Shown: piece after piece, positions 28,920 to 40,609 of the stretch | How positions within the stretch are numbered: the stretch's first letter is position 1 | How the letters are laid out: every line of letters begins with the position of its first letter | Origin: an uncultured beta proteobacterium | GTDB lineage: Bacteria > Pseudomonadota > Gammaproteobacteria > Burkholderiales > Casimicrobiaceae | DNA: 64,000 nucleotides | NCBI GenBank assembly: GCA_963782625.1 | Contig: CAWAKN010000013.1 | Location: 55,659-119,658 of the forward strand | Reading direction: 5' to 3' | The notes under the pieces: model-generated | Seen by the model: the letters and a program-made list of their open reading frames with translations, nothing else | Databases searched by the model: none | Told to the model about the DNA's origin: nothing | Program-made: the position numbers and the translations under genes

Positions 28920-31900
28920 ATGCTGATCCGAATCCACCGAGTCCTTACCCTGGCGGCTTTCGCCATGTTGGCGTGTGCCCTCCCGGTCGCCGCACATCAC
29001 GTCGGCGACGACCCGGCGATGGCCGTGGGCACAGTCGGCGGTGTCGAATCCACGCTGAGCGGCACCGTCGAAGAACTGGTGGTCATCGATCGGGTCAATG
29101 CGGCAACCGAACGCTATCCGATCTTGCGCCAAGTCGACGGCAGCCGCGTCCCATTGCGGGGCGAAGCCATCCAGGCGCTCAAGGCGGGCTCGCAGGTCAG
29201 CGTCCTCGGGAATCGCACCGGCACGTCGTTCACCGTCGATCACGTGGTGTCAGTCGCCGTCGCGCCGAAGTCCGCGCAGGCCGCGGGAGTCTCCGCCGCG
29301 CAAGTCAACGGAAGGTTCATGGTCGCACATCACGACAATTTCGAGACGGGATCCAGTCATTTCCTGTACCAGGTCTTCGATACCCGGGGCGGCGTGACGG
29401 AAATTGCGATGCCGTTCCTCCCCGGCAGCCTTGCCACCGGAATGCAGGTCAACGTCGAGGGGACGCTCGCGGACGACGGCGCCAGCGTCATCCCAAATCA
29501 GATCGAAATCCAAGTCATTCCGCCGGTACTCGAGGCGACGACGACCACCAATTACCTCGTCATTCCCATCAAGTTTCCGACCAGCGCAGCAGCCCCCTGG
29601 ACCTACGGCGCCGATCCGTTCACGCCCGCGGCGCTCAACACTTCGGTGTTCGGTAATCTGCCGACCAAGAGTGTCAAGGAGTTTTACAAGGAGGCCTCTT
29701 ACGGACAGCAGCTCTTGTCAGGCGTGGTGGCCGACAACGGCTCCGGCGGCTTCCTGCTGGCCACCGTCGCAAAACCCGCCACGTGCGACATCAACGCCAT
29801 CGCCAAAGCCGCGGAAGCTGCCGCGACAGCGCGCGGTTACAACGTCGCCAGCTATACCGGGATTCTCTACGTCTTCAACAACGTCTCCGGATGCGGCTGG
29901 TCGGGCCTGGCATACGTGGGCTGGGCGCGCGCGTATTCGAACAACACGACCAGTCTGCAGGTAATCGCCCACGAGATCGGCCACAACTTCGGCCTGTTGC
30001 ACGCAGGCAGCCTGCGCTGCACCGGCACGCCGATCGGTTGCGGCGCCGCAGGCACGGTTGCGGAATATGGCGATCCGTTCAGCACGATGGGCAACAACAA
30101 CGCCGGACACTTCAACGCCACGCAGAAGGACATCCTGGGTTGGTTCGCGCCGAGCCAGGTCAAGACGCACGCCGGCGGCACGACGACCTATACGCTGTCG
30201 CCCATCGAAACGGGCGGACTTCCCGCGTATGCCGTCAGGATTCCAACCAGCAATGCCAACCGCACCTACTGGTTGGAGTACCGGCAGCCGGTTGGGACGT
30301 TCGACACATTCATCACGGGCGCGAACTATCCCAACAACGGCGTGCAGATCCGGATCGAATATCCGTTCGAGAAGACGTCGGGCAGCGACGATACCGAAAT
30401 CCTCGACATGACGCCGGCGACCGGATCGTTCGGCGACGCCGCGCTTCTGGTCGGCGCGGCGCCCTTCGTCGATCCGTCTACCAACTTGTCGATCAACGTG
30501 GTTTCCGCAACGCCAGGCGCCACCGGCCAGGTCCTCGTGCAGGTCTCGACGACCGCGGGCACGCCCACCACCACGACGCTGACCAGTTCACAGAATCCAT
30601 CGAACGCGGGCGCCGGCGTGACTTTCACCGCCACGGTGACCGGTACCGCGCCGACCGGCACCGTCAATTTCACGGATGGTGGCGCTTCGATCGCCGGCTG
30701 TGCCGCAGCCACCGTCAACGGCAGTGGTAATGTGCGAACGGCGACCTGTTTAACGTCGGCGCTTGCCGCCGGCACCCGCAGCATCGTGGCCAATTACAGC
30801 GGCGATGCCGGCAATACCGGCTCCGCGAGCCCGGTGCTCTCGCAGGTCGTGAAGGCGACGTCCTCCACCGTTCTCGCCAGTTCCGGCACGCCATCGGTGT
30901 TCGGCGCCAGCGTGACGTTCACGGCCTCGGTCACCGGTGTGGCCCCGACCGGCACCGTCAACTTCAAGGACGGCGCAACGTCGCTCGTAGGCTGTACCGC
31001 CGTGGCGCTCGCCGGCAGCGGCAATACCCGCACCGCCACGTGTTCCACGTCCGCGCTTGCCGCCGGCACGCACAGCATGACCGCGGCCTATGGCGGCGAC
31101 GCCGGCAATGTCGCGTCGACCAGCAGTGTGTTCTTGCAGGTGGTCAATGCCAGCGCCGTCGCCACCTCGACCACCGTCGCCACGTCACTGACGCCGTCGA
31201 CCGTCGGCGCGAGCGTCACCTTCACCGCCACGGTGACCGGTACCGCGCCGACCGGCACCGTCAACTTCAAGGATGGCGCGACGTCGATCGCCGGCTGCGC
31301 CGCGGTGGCGCTGGCCGGCAGCGGCAACGCCCGCACCGCCACGTGTGCCACGGCAGCGCTTGCCGCCGGCACCCACAGCATCACTGCGTCCTACTCCGGC
31401 AACGCGGGCAACCTCGCGTCCACCAGCGCCGCGCTGTCGCAAGTCGTGAAGGCGACGTCCTCCACCGGTCTCGCCAGTTCCGGGACGCCGTCGGTGGTGG
31501 GCGCCAGCGTTACGTTCACGGCCTCGGTCACCGGTGTGGCCCCGACCGGCACCGTCAACTTCAAGGACGGCGCAACGTCGCTCGTAGGCTGTACCGCCGT
31601 GGCGCTCGCCGGCAGCGGCAATACCCGCACCGCCACGTGTTCCACGTCCGCGCTTGCCGCCGGCACGCACAGCATCACCGCGGCCTATGGCGGCGATGCC
31701 GGCAACCTCACCTCCACCAGCACCGCGTTGTCGCAGGTGGTCAATCCCGCTGCCGGCGCCACCTCGACCACCGTCGCCACGTCACTGACGCCGTCGACCG
31801 TCGGCGCCAGCGTCACGTTCACCGCCTCGGTCACCGGCGCGGCACCTACCGGCACGGTCAACTTCAAGGATGGCGCCACGTCGCTCTGCGCCGCCGTGGC

Positions 31901-33353
31901 ATTGGCCGGCAGCGGCAACGCCCGCACCGCCACGTGTGCCACGACCGCGCTTGCCGCCGGCACCCACAGCATGACCGCGGCCTATGGCGGTGACGCCGGC
32001 AACCTCGCGTCCACCAGCGCCGTTCTGTCGCAAGTCGTGAATCCCAGCGGCGGTGGCGGGTCATCCCTCAACGTGGCGCTGGCGGCCAACGGCGGCGTGG
32101 CAACCGCCTCGAGCACCTACACTGCGACTGGCTATGGGGTGGCCATTGCGGCCGTCAACAATGGCGATCGTGCCGGTCTCAACTGGAACAACGGCGGCGC
32201 CTGGATAGATGCCACCACTGCCGTGTTCCCGGACTGGGTGCAGATCACTTTCAGCGGCCCGAAGACGATCGACCAGGTCATTGTCTATTCGATGCAGGAC
32301 AACTACGCGAGCCCGGTCGATCCGCCGAGTACGCTGACGTTCACGCGATACGGAGTGACCGACTTCCAGGTGCAAAGCTGGAACGGCGCAGCCTGGGTCG
32401 CGCTGGGCAGCGTCGCCGGCAACAACCTGGTCAAGCGGCAGGTGTCCTTCACCGCCACCACCACCGACCGCATCCGCGTCAACGTCACCGGCGGCGTGGG
32501 CGGCCGGTCGCGCCTCATCGAGATCGAGGCCTGGACAACCTCCAGTGGTTCTTCGGCGATCCCAACGACGACCACGCTGGCCAATCCGGTGAATCCGTCA
32601 GCCACCGGAAGCAGCATCACGTTCACGGCCACGGTGACCGGCGTGGCGCCCACCGGAACGGTCAATTTCAAGGATGGCGCGACGTCGATCGCCGGCTGCG
32701 CCGCGGTGGCGCTCGCCGGCAGCGGCAACGCCCGCACCGCCACGTGTGCCACGACCGCGCTTGCCGCCGGCACGCACAGCATGACCGCGGCCTATGGCGG
32801 TGACGCCGGCAACCTCGCGTCCACCAGCGCCGCGCTGTCGCAAGTGGTGAATCCCGGCGGCGGTGGCGGCACTCCATCAATGTGGCACTCGCCGCCAACG
32901 GCGGCGTGGCAACCGCCTCGAGCACCTACACTGCGACTGGCTATGGGGTGGCCATTGCGGCCGTCAACAATGGCGATCGTGCCGGTCTCAACTGGAACAA
33001 CGGCGGCGCCTGGATAGATGCCACCACTGCCGTGTTCCCGGACTGGGTGCAGATCAACTTTCAGCGGCCCGAAGACGATCGACCAGGTCATTGTCTATTC
33101 GATGCAGGACAACTACGCGAGCCCGGTCGATCCGCCGAGTACGCTGACGTTCACGCAATACGGAGTGACCGACTTCCAGGTGCAAAGCTGGAACGGCGCG
33201 GCCTGGGTCACGCTGGGCAGCGTCGCCGGCAACAACCTGGTCAAGCGGCAGGTGTCCTTCACCGCCACCACCACCGACCGCATCCGCGTCAACGTCACCG
33301 GCGGCGTGGGCGGCCGGTCGCGCCTCATCGAGATCGAGGCCTGGGGCAACTGA
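28920..33353 (+). CDS. Secreted metalloprotease (M11/gametolysin-like) with 6 Ig-like repeats and 2 discoidin/CBM32-like domains; compensating frameshifts at ~32872 and ~33057
   Basis: Signal peptide; HEIGHNFGLLH (29970-30002), EYGDPFSTMG; repeated VTFTAxVTGxAPTGTVNFKDG; NVALAANGGVATASS...RLIEIEAW twice. Confidence 0.88.
30560..33345 (+). repeat. Intragenic DNA repeats: ~300-bp Ig units and a near-identical ~470-bp duplicated domain
   Basis: 30841-31130 nearly equals 31438-31727; 32070-32533 nearly equals 32879-33343. Confidence 0.9.
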
Positions 33354-33484
33354 CGGAAGGCTCCGCACAGGAGTAAGCTCCCCCGATTTGGGGGATTGCG
33401 GTTGCCCGGTCGCAAGGCCGGGCCGTGCTGCGCAAGGTCGCACGAGGCAACCGCCGTTCATCATTGCCAATGTCTTGAACGCAG

Positions 33485-34813
33485 ATGAGCGCGCCGGCCG
33501 ACTTTCGTCCTGAACCACCCGACGCGTCAGAGCCGATCGACATCAGCTTCGAGTCAGACGCGTTGTCCGTGCTGGAACGCAATTTCGCTCTGCACGGCGA
33601 CGCGTTTCGCATCTATGCGCCCATCCTGCAACGCCATCTCTGGGTGCTGACGCATCCGGATCATGTGCGCCATGTCCTCGTTGATCGCAGCGCCAATTTC
33701 ACCAAGGGCATCGGCATCGATCGCGTGGCCATCCTGCTCGGCAACGGTCTCATGACGAGCGAAGGCGACGTGTGGCGTGCACAACGCAAGATGGTGCAGC
33801 CCTCGTTCCATCGCACGGTCATCGCGACCTGGATGCCCCACCTTCACGCCGCGAATACCGCGCTGGCGAGAAAATGGGCCGACGCGGCGGCCACCGGCAC
33901 CCCGGTCAACGTGACGCAGGATATGAGCGAGGTCACGCTCGACGTCGTCCTGAAGGCGCTCTTTGGCGACGGGCTGGCGCGCCTGACCCAGGGGCCCGAC
34001 GGAAACCCCTTCGCCTTGCTGACCGACGACACCGAACGCAACCTGTCCTTTGCATACAAGTTCCGGCGGCTGGGCGCGACCATTCTGGACGACGTGAGGC
34101 GACGGCGCCGCGACGGCGTGCGGCATGACGACATCGTCTCGCACCTCATCGATGCCCGGGATAGGCAGACGGCCGAGGCGATGGACGATCGCCAACTGAT
34201 CGACGAAATCTTGACGCTGATCGTCGCCGGCCACGAGACCACCGCCAGTTCCCTAAACTGGTTCTGGTACCTGCTGAGCCAGGCGCCGGACGCGGCGGCA
34301 TTGCTGCATGCCGAGGTCGACGCCGCCGGCACCGAGGCCCCTTCGTACGCCGGGCTCGCCAATCTGCCCTTCACGCGCCGGGCCATCGACGAGACGCTGC
34401 GCCTGTATCCGCCAGGATGGCTTCTGACGCGCCGGACCATCGCTCCGGCCACGATCGGCGGCCTGAAGCTGCCGGCCAAGGCGGATGTCCTCATCTCGCC
34501 ATACCTGGTGCAGCGGCATCCCGATTTCTGGCCCGATCCGGATCGCTTCGATCCGGGCCGCTTTCTTCCGGAATTCACGGAACGGCGCAATCGCTTCGCC
34601 TACCTGCCCTTCGGACTGGGTCCGCGGGCTTGCATTGGCGAACATCTTGCCCTGGTGGAAATGCACACCCACGTCGCGACGCTGGCGCGCCGCTTCGAGC
34701 TGGAACTAGCTCCGGGCCAGGAAATCGAACGCGAACCACATGTGAACCTGCGGATGCGTCGCCCGTTGCGTATGATTCCACGCGTACGCAAGCGAACACA
34801 TCACGAATCATGA
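33485..34813 (+). CDS. Cytochrome P450
   Basis: AGHETT I-helix, ETLR, FDPGRF, FGLGPRACIG heme ligand. Confidence 0.95.
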   Translation: MSAPADFRPEPPDASEPIDISFESDALSVLERNFALHGDAFRIYAPILQRHLWVLTHPDHVRHVLVDRSANFTKGIGIDRVAILLGNGLMTSEGDVWRAQRKMVQPSFHRTVIATWMPHLHAANTALARKWADAAATGTPVNVTQDMSEVTLDVVLKALFGDGLARLTQGPDGNPFALLTDDTERNLSFAYKFRRLGATILDDVRRRRRDGVRHDDIVSHLIDARDRQTAEAMDDRQLIDEILTLIVAGHETTASSLNWFWYLLSQAPDAAALLHAEVDAAGTEAPSYAGLANLPFTRRAIDETLRLYPPGWLLTRRTIAPATIGGLKLPAKADVLISPYLVQRHPDFWPDPDRFDPGRFLPEFTERRNRFAYLPFGLGPRACIGEHLALVEMHTHVATLARRFELELAPGQEIEREPHVNLRMRRPLRMIPRVRKRTHHES

Positions 34814-36784
34814 CCGAACTGCCGCTGCCAACACTGACCCACGCCCTCGCGACCGCCGCCAGCGACATCACACGGGGTCAACTTCATTGCCGGCGAAGCC
34901 AAGGAACGTCGCGTCCCCTATTCGCGGCTGCGCGAACGCGCGCTCGGCGTTCTGGGGCTCCTGCAAGGAATCGGCGCGGCGCCGGAAACGGAAACGATCA
35001 TCCTGGTGGACGGCCTGGAGCCCTTCGTCGACGCGTTCTGGGCATGCATCCTGGGGCGCATCGTGGCCGTGCCGCTCGCGCCCGGCAACGCGGACGAGCA
35101 CAAGGCCAAGTTCTTCCGGGTACTGGACCGGCTCCGCTCGCCCTGCCTGGCGACGGAACGCAAGGCGTTCGATCGGCTCAAGGCCTATGCCCTGGGCAAC
35201 GGCCTCGCGGCATCGCTTGCCCGCCTCGATCGCCACGTCGTGTTCATGGACGAGATCACGGACCTCGCGCGGCCCGGACAGCATCACGTCGCCAGGCCAG
35301 ACGATGTCGCGTTCGTTCAGTACTCGTCGGGGTCGACCAGCGAGCCCAAGGGAGTGATTCTCACGCATCGCAACCTGATGACCAACATCGACGCGATTGC
35401 CGCGGGCATCGGCGCGACGTCCGAAGACTCCAGCCTGTCGTGGATGCCGTTGACCCACGACATGGGATTGATCGGCTTTCACCTGGTGCCGATGGCGGCG
35501 GGCGCCGAACATTGGCTGATGCCCACCGCGCTGTTCGTGCGGCGGCCCGGCTTGTGGCTGGCGAAAGCGAGCGAGCACCGGGTGACGGTGACCTGCTCAC
35601 CCAACTTCGGCTACATGCACTATCTCAAGTCGCACGACCCGGCCAGGGTCTCCAGCCTCGACCTGTCTTCTGTCCGCGTCATCTTCAATGGCGCTGAACC
35701 GATCGCGGCGGATCTTTGCCGCCAGTTCGTGGCGGCAATGGCGCCGGCGCGCCTGTCGCCGCATGTCATGTTCCCGGTGTACGGCCTCGCCGAGGCCAGC
35801 CTCGCGGTCACGTTTCCGCGCGTGGGCGCGCCGCTGTCGACGGTGGCGCTGGCGCGTGGCTCGCTCGGACCGGGAGAGGCGGTGCTACCCGTCGCCGTCG
35901 ACGCCGACGATGCGGTGGAATTCGTCTGCGTCGGGCGAGCGGTGCGGCATTGCGAGGTGCGCATCGCCGACGATGCCGGCGTCGCGACTCCGCCCGGAAC
36001 GGTCGGCCGCATCCTGATACGCGGCGACAACGTGAGCGCGGGTTACTACGCCGATGCGGAGGCGACCGCGGCGGCGCGCACGCCCGACGGCTTTCTCGAC
36101 ACCGGCGACCTGGGCACGATCGTCGGTGACGAGCTGGTCGTCACGGGCCGAGTCAAGGAGATCCTGTTCGTCGCCGGCCAGAACCACTTTCCGCAGGACA
36201 TCGAGGTGGTGCTCGCGCAGCACGCAGGCATCGAACCCGGCCGCGCGGCCGCGGCGGGCACTCGTCCCGCGCACGCGGCGACCGACGACGTGCTTGTCTT
36301 CCTGCTCACCAAGGACGACGACGTCGCGGCATTCGCGACGCAGGCGCGCCGAGTGAAACGCGTCGTCAACGAGCGCACCGGCATTCCCGTTGCCGCGGTC
36401 ATTCCCGTCCGCCAGTTTCCCAAGACCACCAGCGGCAAGGTCCAGCGCTTCGCACTTGCGCGCGACTACGAGACAGGACGATTCGATGACTTCCTGGCCA
36501 GGCTCAAGACGCATGAGGGCGCGCATCCGGACGGGGACGGCGCCGCGGGCAGCAACCTGGAGGAATCGCTGCTGGCCATCTGCCAGGCGGCAATGCCCTC
36601 CCGCAAGCTGAGTCCGGACGACAACCTGTTCGAACTGGGAACCGGTTCGCTGACGCTGGCGCAGATCTACGAGAAGATCGAGGCCAAGTACCCGGGCCGC
36701 CTCGAGGTCACGGATTTCTTCGAGTATCCGACCGTTCGCGCGATGGCTGGCTACCTTTCCGCCAAGCTCGACACTGCACGCTGA
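34810..36784 (+). CDS. Fatty acyl-AMP ligase + carrier protein didomain (apparent frameshift at ~34875)
   Basis: [48 protein letters not shown]; C-terminal [11 protein letters not shown] carrier Ser; ATGA overlap with P450. Confidence 0.88.
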
Positions 36785-36805
36785 CGCGAAGCGGCCAGCG
36801 AGCCG

Positions 36806-37663
36806 TCATTCGCCGGCCGGTCGCGGGTACTTCCATTTCTTCTGCAGCCATAGCCAATCCGAGGGACTGGCCAGGATCTCCTCCTCGAGCGTGCGCGCGT
36901 AGCGCTCGGAAATGCGCACGTCCGTGCCCTCCTCATACGGCGGCTCGGCCAGGACGGAAAGGCGCACGGAATAGTGCCCGCGGCTGATTCGCCGCATGGC
37001 TGCGTAGAGCACCGGCGCCTGCATGAAGTTCGCGATCCTTCCCGCGCCCAGAAAGAACGCCGTGTCCTGATTGAGGAAGTTCGTCCAGTGCTTGGTTTCC
37101 CTCTTCTTGGGGGTCTGGTCGGCAACCAGCGCATAGGCGCGCGGCTCGCCCGACCACTTCATGATCTCGAAGATGAAATCCTCGCGCGGGATAACGTGGC
37201 CGCCGAAGCGCGCGCGCGCATCGCGTACGTACTCGTCCACGGACCGCAGTCCCTGATGGCGGTACACGACGTCGATCGGAATGCCGAAGTGCGCCCCGGC
37301 GCCCAGGAACAGCCACTCCCAGTTGCAGACATGCGCGGTAAGAAGCAGCACGGTCTTGCCGGCGTCCGCGTAATGACGGACGAGCTCCGGATTCTCCATC
37401 ACCACGCGCCGCCGGAATTCCTCGGCGGACGCGCCATATCCCCAAAGCGCTTCGATGAGGCCGTCGCCCAGGTTGCGGTACATCTTGCGGACGATCTCGA
37501 ATCGCTCGGCCGCGCTCTTGTCGGGAAACGCACGCGCGACGTCTTCCAGCACGCGCTTGCGCCGCCAGCGCAGGATGCGGAATGCGACGAAGTACATGAT
37601 CCAGCCCCACGGATAGACCATCGACAACGGGAAATACGTCACCGCCTTGAGCAGGAGTTTCAT
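36806..37663 (-). CDS. Lipid A biosynthesis-type (LABLAT) acyltransferase
   Basis: AHVCNWEW (HX4E), ADQTP, FLNQDTAFF, WLWLQKKWK. Confidence 0.9.
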   Translation of the reverse strand: MKLLLKAVTYFPLSMVYPWGWIMYFVAFRILRWRRKRVLEDVARAFPDKSAAERFEIVRKMYRNLGDGLIEALWGYGASAEEFRRRVVMENPELVRHYADAGKTVLLLTAHVCNWEWLFLGAGAHFGIPIDVVYRHQGLRSVDEYVRDARARFGGHVIPREDFIFEIMKWSGEPRAYALVADQTPKKRETKHWTNFLNQDTAFFLGAGRIANFMQAPVLYAAMRRISRGHYSVRLSVLAEPPYEEGTDVRISERYARTLEEEILASPSDWLWLQKKWKYPRPAGE

Positions 37664-37693
37664 GCGGATTGCCCGGGCTCGGTGCGTCGATGG

Positions 37694-38563
37694 TCAGGCA
37701 TACAGGGGCTTCGCGTACTTCCACTTGCGTTCGATCCACAGCCAGTCCGCCGGGCTGGCGCGAATTTCGTTCTCCAGCGCCCGGGCATAGCGCTCGATGA
37801 TCTCTGCGCCCGTGTCGTGGTACGGATGTCGCAAATAGGGCGGCGCCGCCAGCAAGTCGAGCCGCGCCGAGTAATAGCCCTTGCGTTCGCGGCGCACTGC
37901 AACGAAAAGCACCGGCGCGTCGAGAATCCTGGCGATCTTGTCGGCGCCGACAAAGAAGGCGGTGTCCTGGTTCAGGAAGTGCGACCAGTGCTTTTCCTCC
38001 TGCTTTTGCGGCGTCTGGTCGGCGACCAGCGCGTACGCGCGCGCCTGGCCTTTGCGTTTCATCACCTCGAACATGAAGTTGTCCGCAGGAATGGGGTTGC
38101 CTCCGAAGCGCGACCGCCCTTCGCGCAGGAAGCGATCGAATGCGGCGACCTTCTGGGGCTTGTAGACGGCGTCGATCGGCATTCCGAGTTGCACTCCCGC
38201 CGACAGCAACAGCCATTCCCAGTTGCAGAAATGCGCCGCGAGCAGTACGACCGATTGCCCCTGCTCCGCGCATTTCTTCATCAGCTCGGGATTCTCGATG
38301 CGAACGCGAGCCTGCATTTCGGCCGCGCTGGCGCCATACCCGTAGAGCGTTTCGACGATCAGGTCGGCAAGATTGCGGTAGGATTGCTTGAGGATCGCGG
38401 CGCGCTCGGACTCCGTCTTCTCGGGGAACGCATTGCGCAGGTTCGTCGCGGCAAGCGGCCGCCGCCAGCGGAATACGTAGTAGGCACCCCGAAACAGCGC
38501 CCGGCTCAGTTCGTAGAGAACAGGCAGCGGCAGGCGCGTGAAGAACTTGAGCAGGAGTTGCAC
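37694..38563 (-). CDS. Lipid A biosynthesis-type (LABLAT) acyltransferase, paralog
   Basis: NLRNAFPEK, AHFCNWEW, ADQTP, FLNQDTAFF, WLWIERKWK; start uncertain. Confidence 0.9.
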   Translation of the reverse strand: MQLLLKFFTRLPLPVLYELSRALFRGAYYVFRWRRPLAATNLRNAFPEKTESERAAILKQSYRNLADLIVETLYGYGASAAEMQARVRIENPELMKKCAEQGQSVVLLAAHFCNWEWLLLSAGVQLGMPIDAVYKPQKVAAFDRFLREGRSRFGGNPIPADNFMFEVMKRKGQARAYALVADQTPQKQEEKHWSHFLNQDTAFFVGADKIARILDAPVLFVAVRRERKGYYSARLDLLAAPPYLRHPYHDTGAEIIERYARALENEIRASPADWLWIERKWKYAKPLYA

Positions 38564-38607
38564 GGGATGGGAAGGGTACGGCGCCAGAGGACGCACGCCG
38601 GCAAATC

Positions 38608-39382
38608 ATGGAAAACGGCGTGAGCGTAGACGACTTCCCGCCCCCGGGCAATCTTGACACGCAGGCCGCGACGGGCATTGCCGTCGCGTTGCCGCCGATC
38701 GCCGGCGGAATCAAGCTGTGGTGGTTGGCGCTCGACCGCCCCGAGCGCGAGGTCGCGGAGCTTGCGCGCACGCTTTCGAGCGAAGAAACTGCGCGCGCGC
38801 GACGGTTCGGTACCGAACTCCTTCGCCTGCGCTGGATCGTCGGTCGTGCGACGCTGCGCACGTTGCTGGGAGGCGTTCTCGGCGTCGCGCCTTCCGCGGT
38901 CGCGCTGGCCCGCGGTCGCCGCGGCCGTCCGGAACTGCTGGGAGCCGTCGCTCGACTTCAACGTGTCGCACACCTGCGGCATGGCGCTCATCGGTATCGC
39001 CGACCGGTTGCAAGCCGGGATGCGCATTGGCGTGGACGTCGAGCACTCGCTGCGGACGGTTAACGCCGACGGGCTATCGCGCAAGTTCTTGTCGGATCGC
39101 GAGCGGGAGGGATTGGCGCCCTTGCCCGCGGACGCGCGCCGGCGGGGATTCCTCCGCCTGTGGACCTGCAAGGAGGCGATGAGCAAGGCAACCGGCGACG
39201 CTCTCGCGGCGCCGTTTCGGCACCTCGACGTATCGCTCGATGGTGGCCTTGCCCTGCTGGCGGGGCCGCCGCCCTACCATCCCGCCGATTGGACGCTGCA
39301 TGCGTTGGACATGCCGGACGCTTTTCTTGCCACTGTGGCGATATGGCAACCGGTCGCGCTGCGGGACGCACAGTTTTCTTGA
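38608..39382 (+). CDS. Sfp-type 4'-phosphopantetheinyl transferase (apparent frameshift at ~38940)
   Basis: LSSEETARARRF...GRPEL, then FNVSH, IGVDVE, WTCKEAMSKATG in the next frame. Confidence 0.9.
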
Positions 39383-39439
39383 CCCGGCGCACAATTGAGC
39401 GAACGATAGGTCTTTTGGGACATTCACGCAGGAACACCA

Positions 39440-39550
39440 TTGAAAAATCTGATCTGCATGATGCTGGTACTGTTGCTTGCCGGGTGCATTCCGATTGGCC
39501 TCAAGAGTTCCAGCCTCCCGTTCGCGTCCGTCTTGGCGCCCGCCAATTGA
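39440..39550 (+). CDS. Small putative lipoprotein, 36 aa (not in ORF track)
   Basis: MKNLICMMLVLLLAGCIPIGLKSSSLPFASVLAPAN; AGGA RBS, TTG start, LAGC lipobox. Confidence 0.55.
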   Translation: MKNLICMMLVLLLAGCIPIGLKSSSLPFASVLAPAN

Positions 39551-39604
39551 ACCGGGAAATGGCATTGCCGCGCTGATTCGTTTCGTCGTTTGGCCGCTGA
39601 CACG

Positions 39605-40609
39605 ATGCGCATCTGCCTGCTGACCAACCAGGACCTGCTCGCCGTCCCGTTCGCCGCCGATGACTGGCCGTGCGATCCGCGGCCCTTCTACCCCGAAGCC
39701 CATTGGGAGGTGGAATTCCTCCGGAAGGGCAGTTCGGTCGCCCAGGTCGAGCGCCGGATACGGCAAGGTTTCGATCTCTTCTTCAATCTCTGCGATGGCG
39801 CCGCAGACCAGGACACGCCGGGCATCGAGGTCGTCAGGACGCTGGAGGTGCACGGCGTCGCCTTCACCGGAGCCACGTCGGAATATTATGAGCCGTCGCG
39901 CGAAGACATGAAGCGCGCCTGCCGGTCCGAGGGCATCGCTACGCCCGATTACGTGCTGGCAAGGTGCGATGCCGACCTCGAGCATGCAGCCGAGGTCTTG
40001 CGCTTTCCCCTCTTCGTCAAGCACTACAGCAGCTATTCGAGCGTCGACCTGTCGCGGCGCTCGCGTGTCCTGACGCCTGCAGGACTGCGCCAGCAAGGGC
40101 GCAAGATGATGCGCCGCCATGGAGCGGCGCTCGTGGAAGAGTTCATCGCGGGAACGGAATGCACGGTGCTCGTTGCGGAAAATCCTGACGATTCCGTAAA
40201 TCCGGTGACGTACACTCCGATGCAATACCGGTTTCCCGACGGCGAGTCGTTCAAGCACGCGGAAATGAAGTGGGTGGACTACGACAGGATGTCGGCCTTT
40301 CCGGTCGCGGATCCGGTCCTTGACGCCCGGTTGCGCGACGCCGCCGCCCGCTTCTTCGTGGCCCTCAACGGCGCGGGCTTCGGTCGCTGCGATTTGCGCG
40401 TGGACGGCGACGGCACGCCGTACATGCTGGAAATCAATCCAAACTGCGGTGTCTACTACCGTCCCGAAGATGCCGGCAGCGCCGACCTTTGCCTTGCGCA
40501 CGACCCGGCCGGCCACGTCGGCTTCACGCGTCAGCTGGTTCGCGCGGCGCTTCAGCGGCGTATCCGTTCCCCCTCCAACGCCACGCTGAACGTCTCCTAT
40601 GCCGACTGA
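39605..40609 (+). CDS. ATP-grasp ligase, D-Ala-D-Ala ligase-like
   Basis: FFNLCDG, FPLFVKH, LVEEFIAGTECTV, GRCDLRVD, LEINPNCG. Confidence 0.85.
   Translation: MRICLLTNQDLLAVPFAADDWPCDPRPFYPEAHWEVEFLRKGSSVAQVERRIRQGFDLFFNLCDGAADQDTPGIEVVRTLEVHGVAFTGATSEYYEPSREDMKRACRSEGIATPDYVLARCDADLEHAAEVLRFPLFVKHYSSYSSVDLSRRSRVLTPAGLRQQGRKMMRRHGAALVEEFIAGTECTVLVAENPDDSVNPVTYTPMQYRFPDGESFKHAEMKWVDYDRMSAFPVADPVLDARLRDAAARFFVALNGAGFGRCDLRVDGDGTPYMLEINPNCGVYYRPEDAGSADLCLAHDPAGHVGFTRQLVRAALQRRIRSPSNATLNVSYAD

Noticed and set aside
30560-33345. Repeats as a CRISPR array or mobile element
   Set aside because: They are in-frame protein domain repeats of 300-470 bp with no spacers or transposase
39605-40609. Calling the ATP-grasp gene ddl
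   Set aside because: Lacks the Ddl N-terminal GGxSxE motif and is not in a cell-wall (dcw) context
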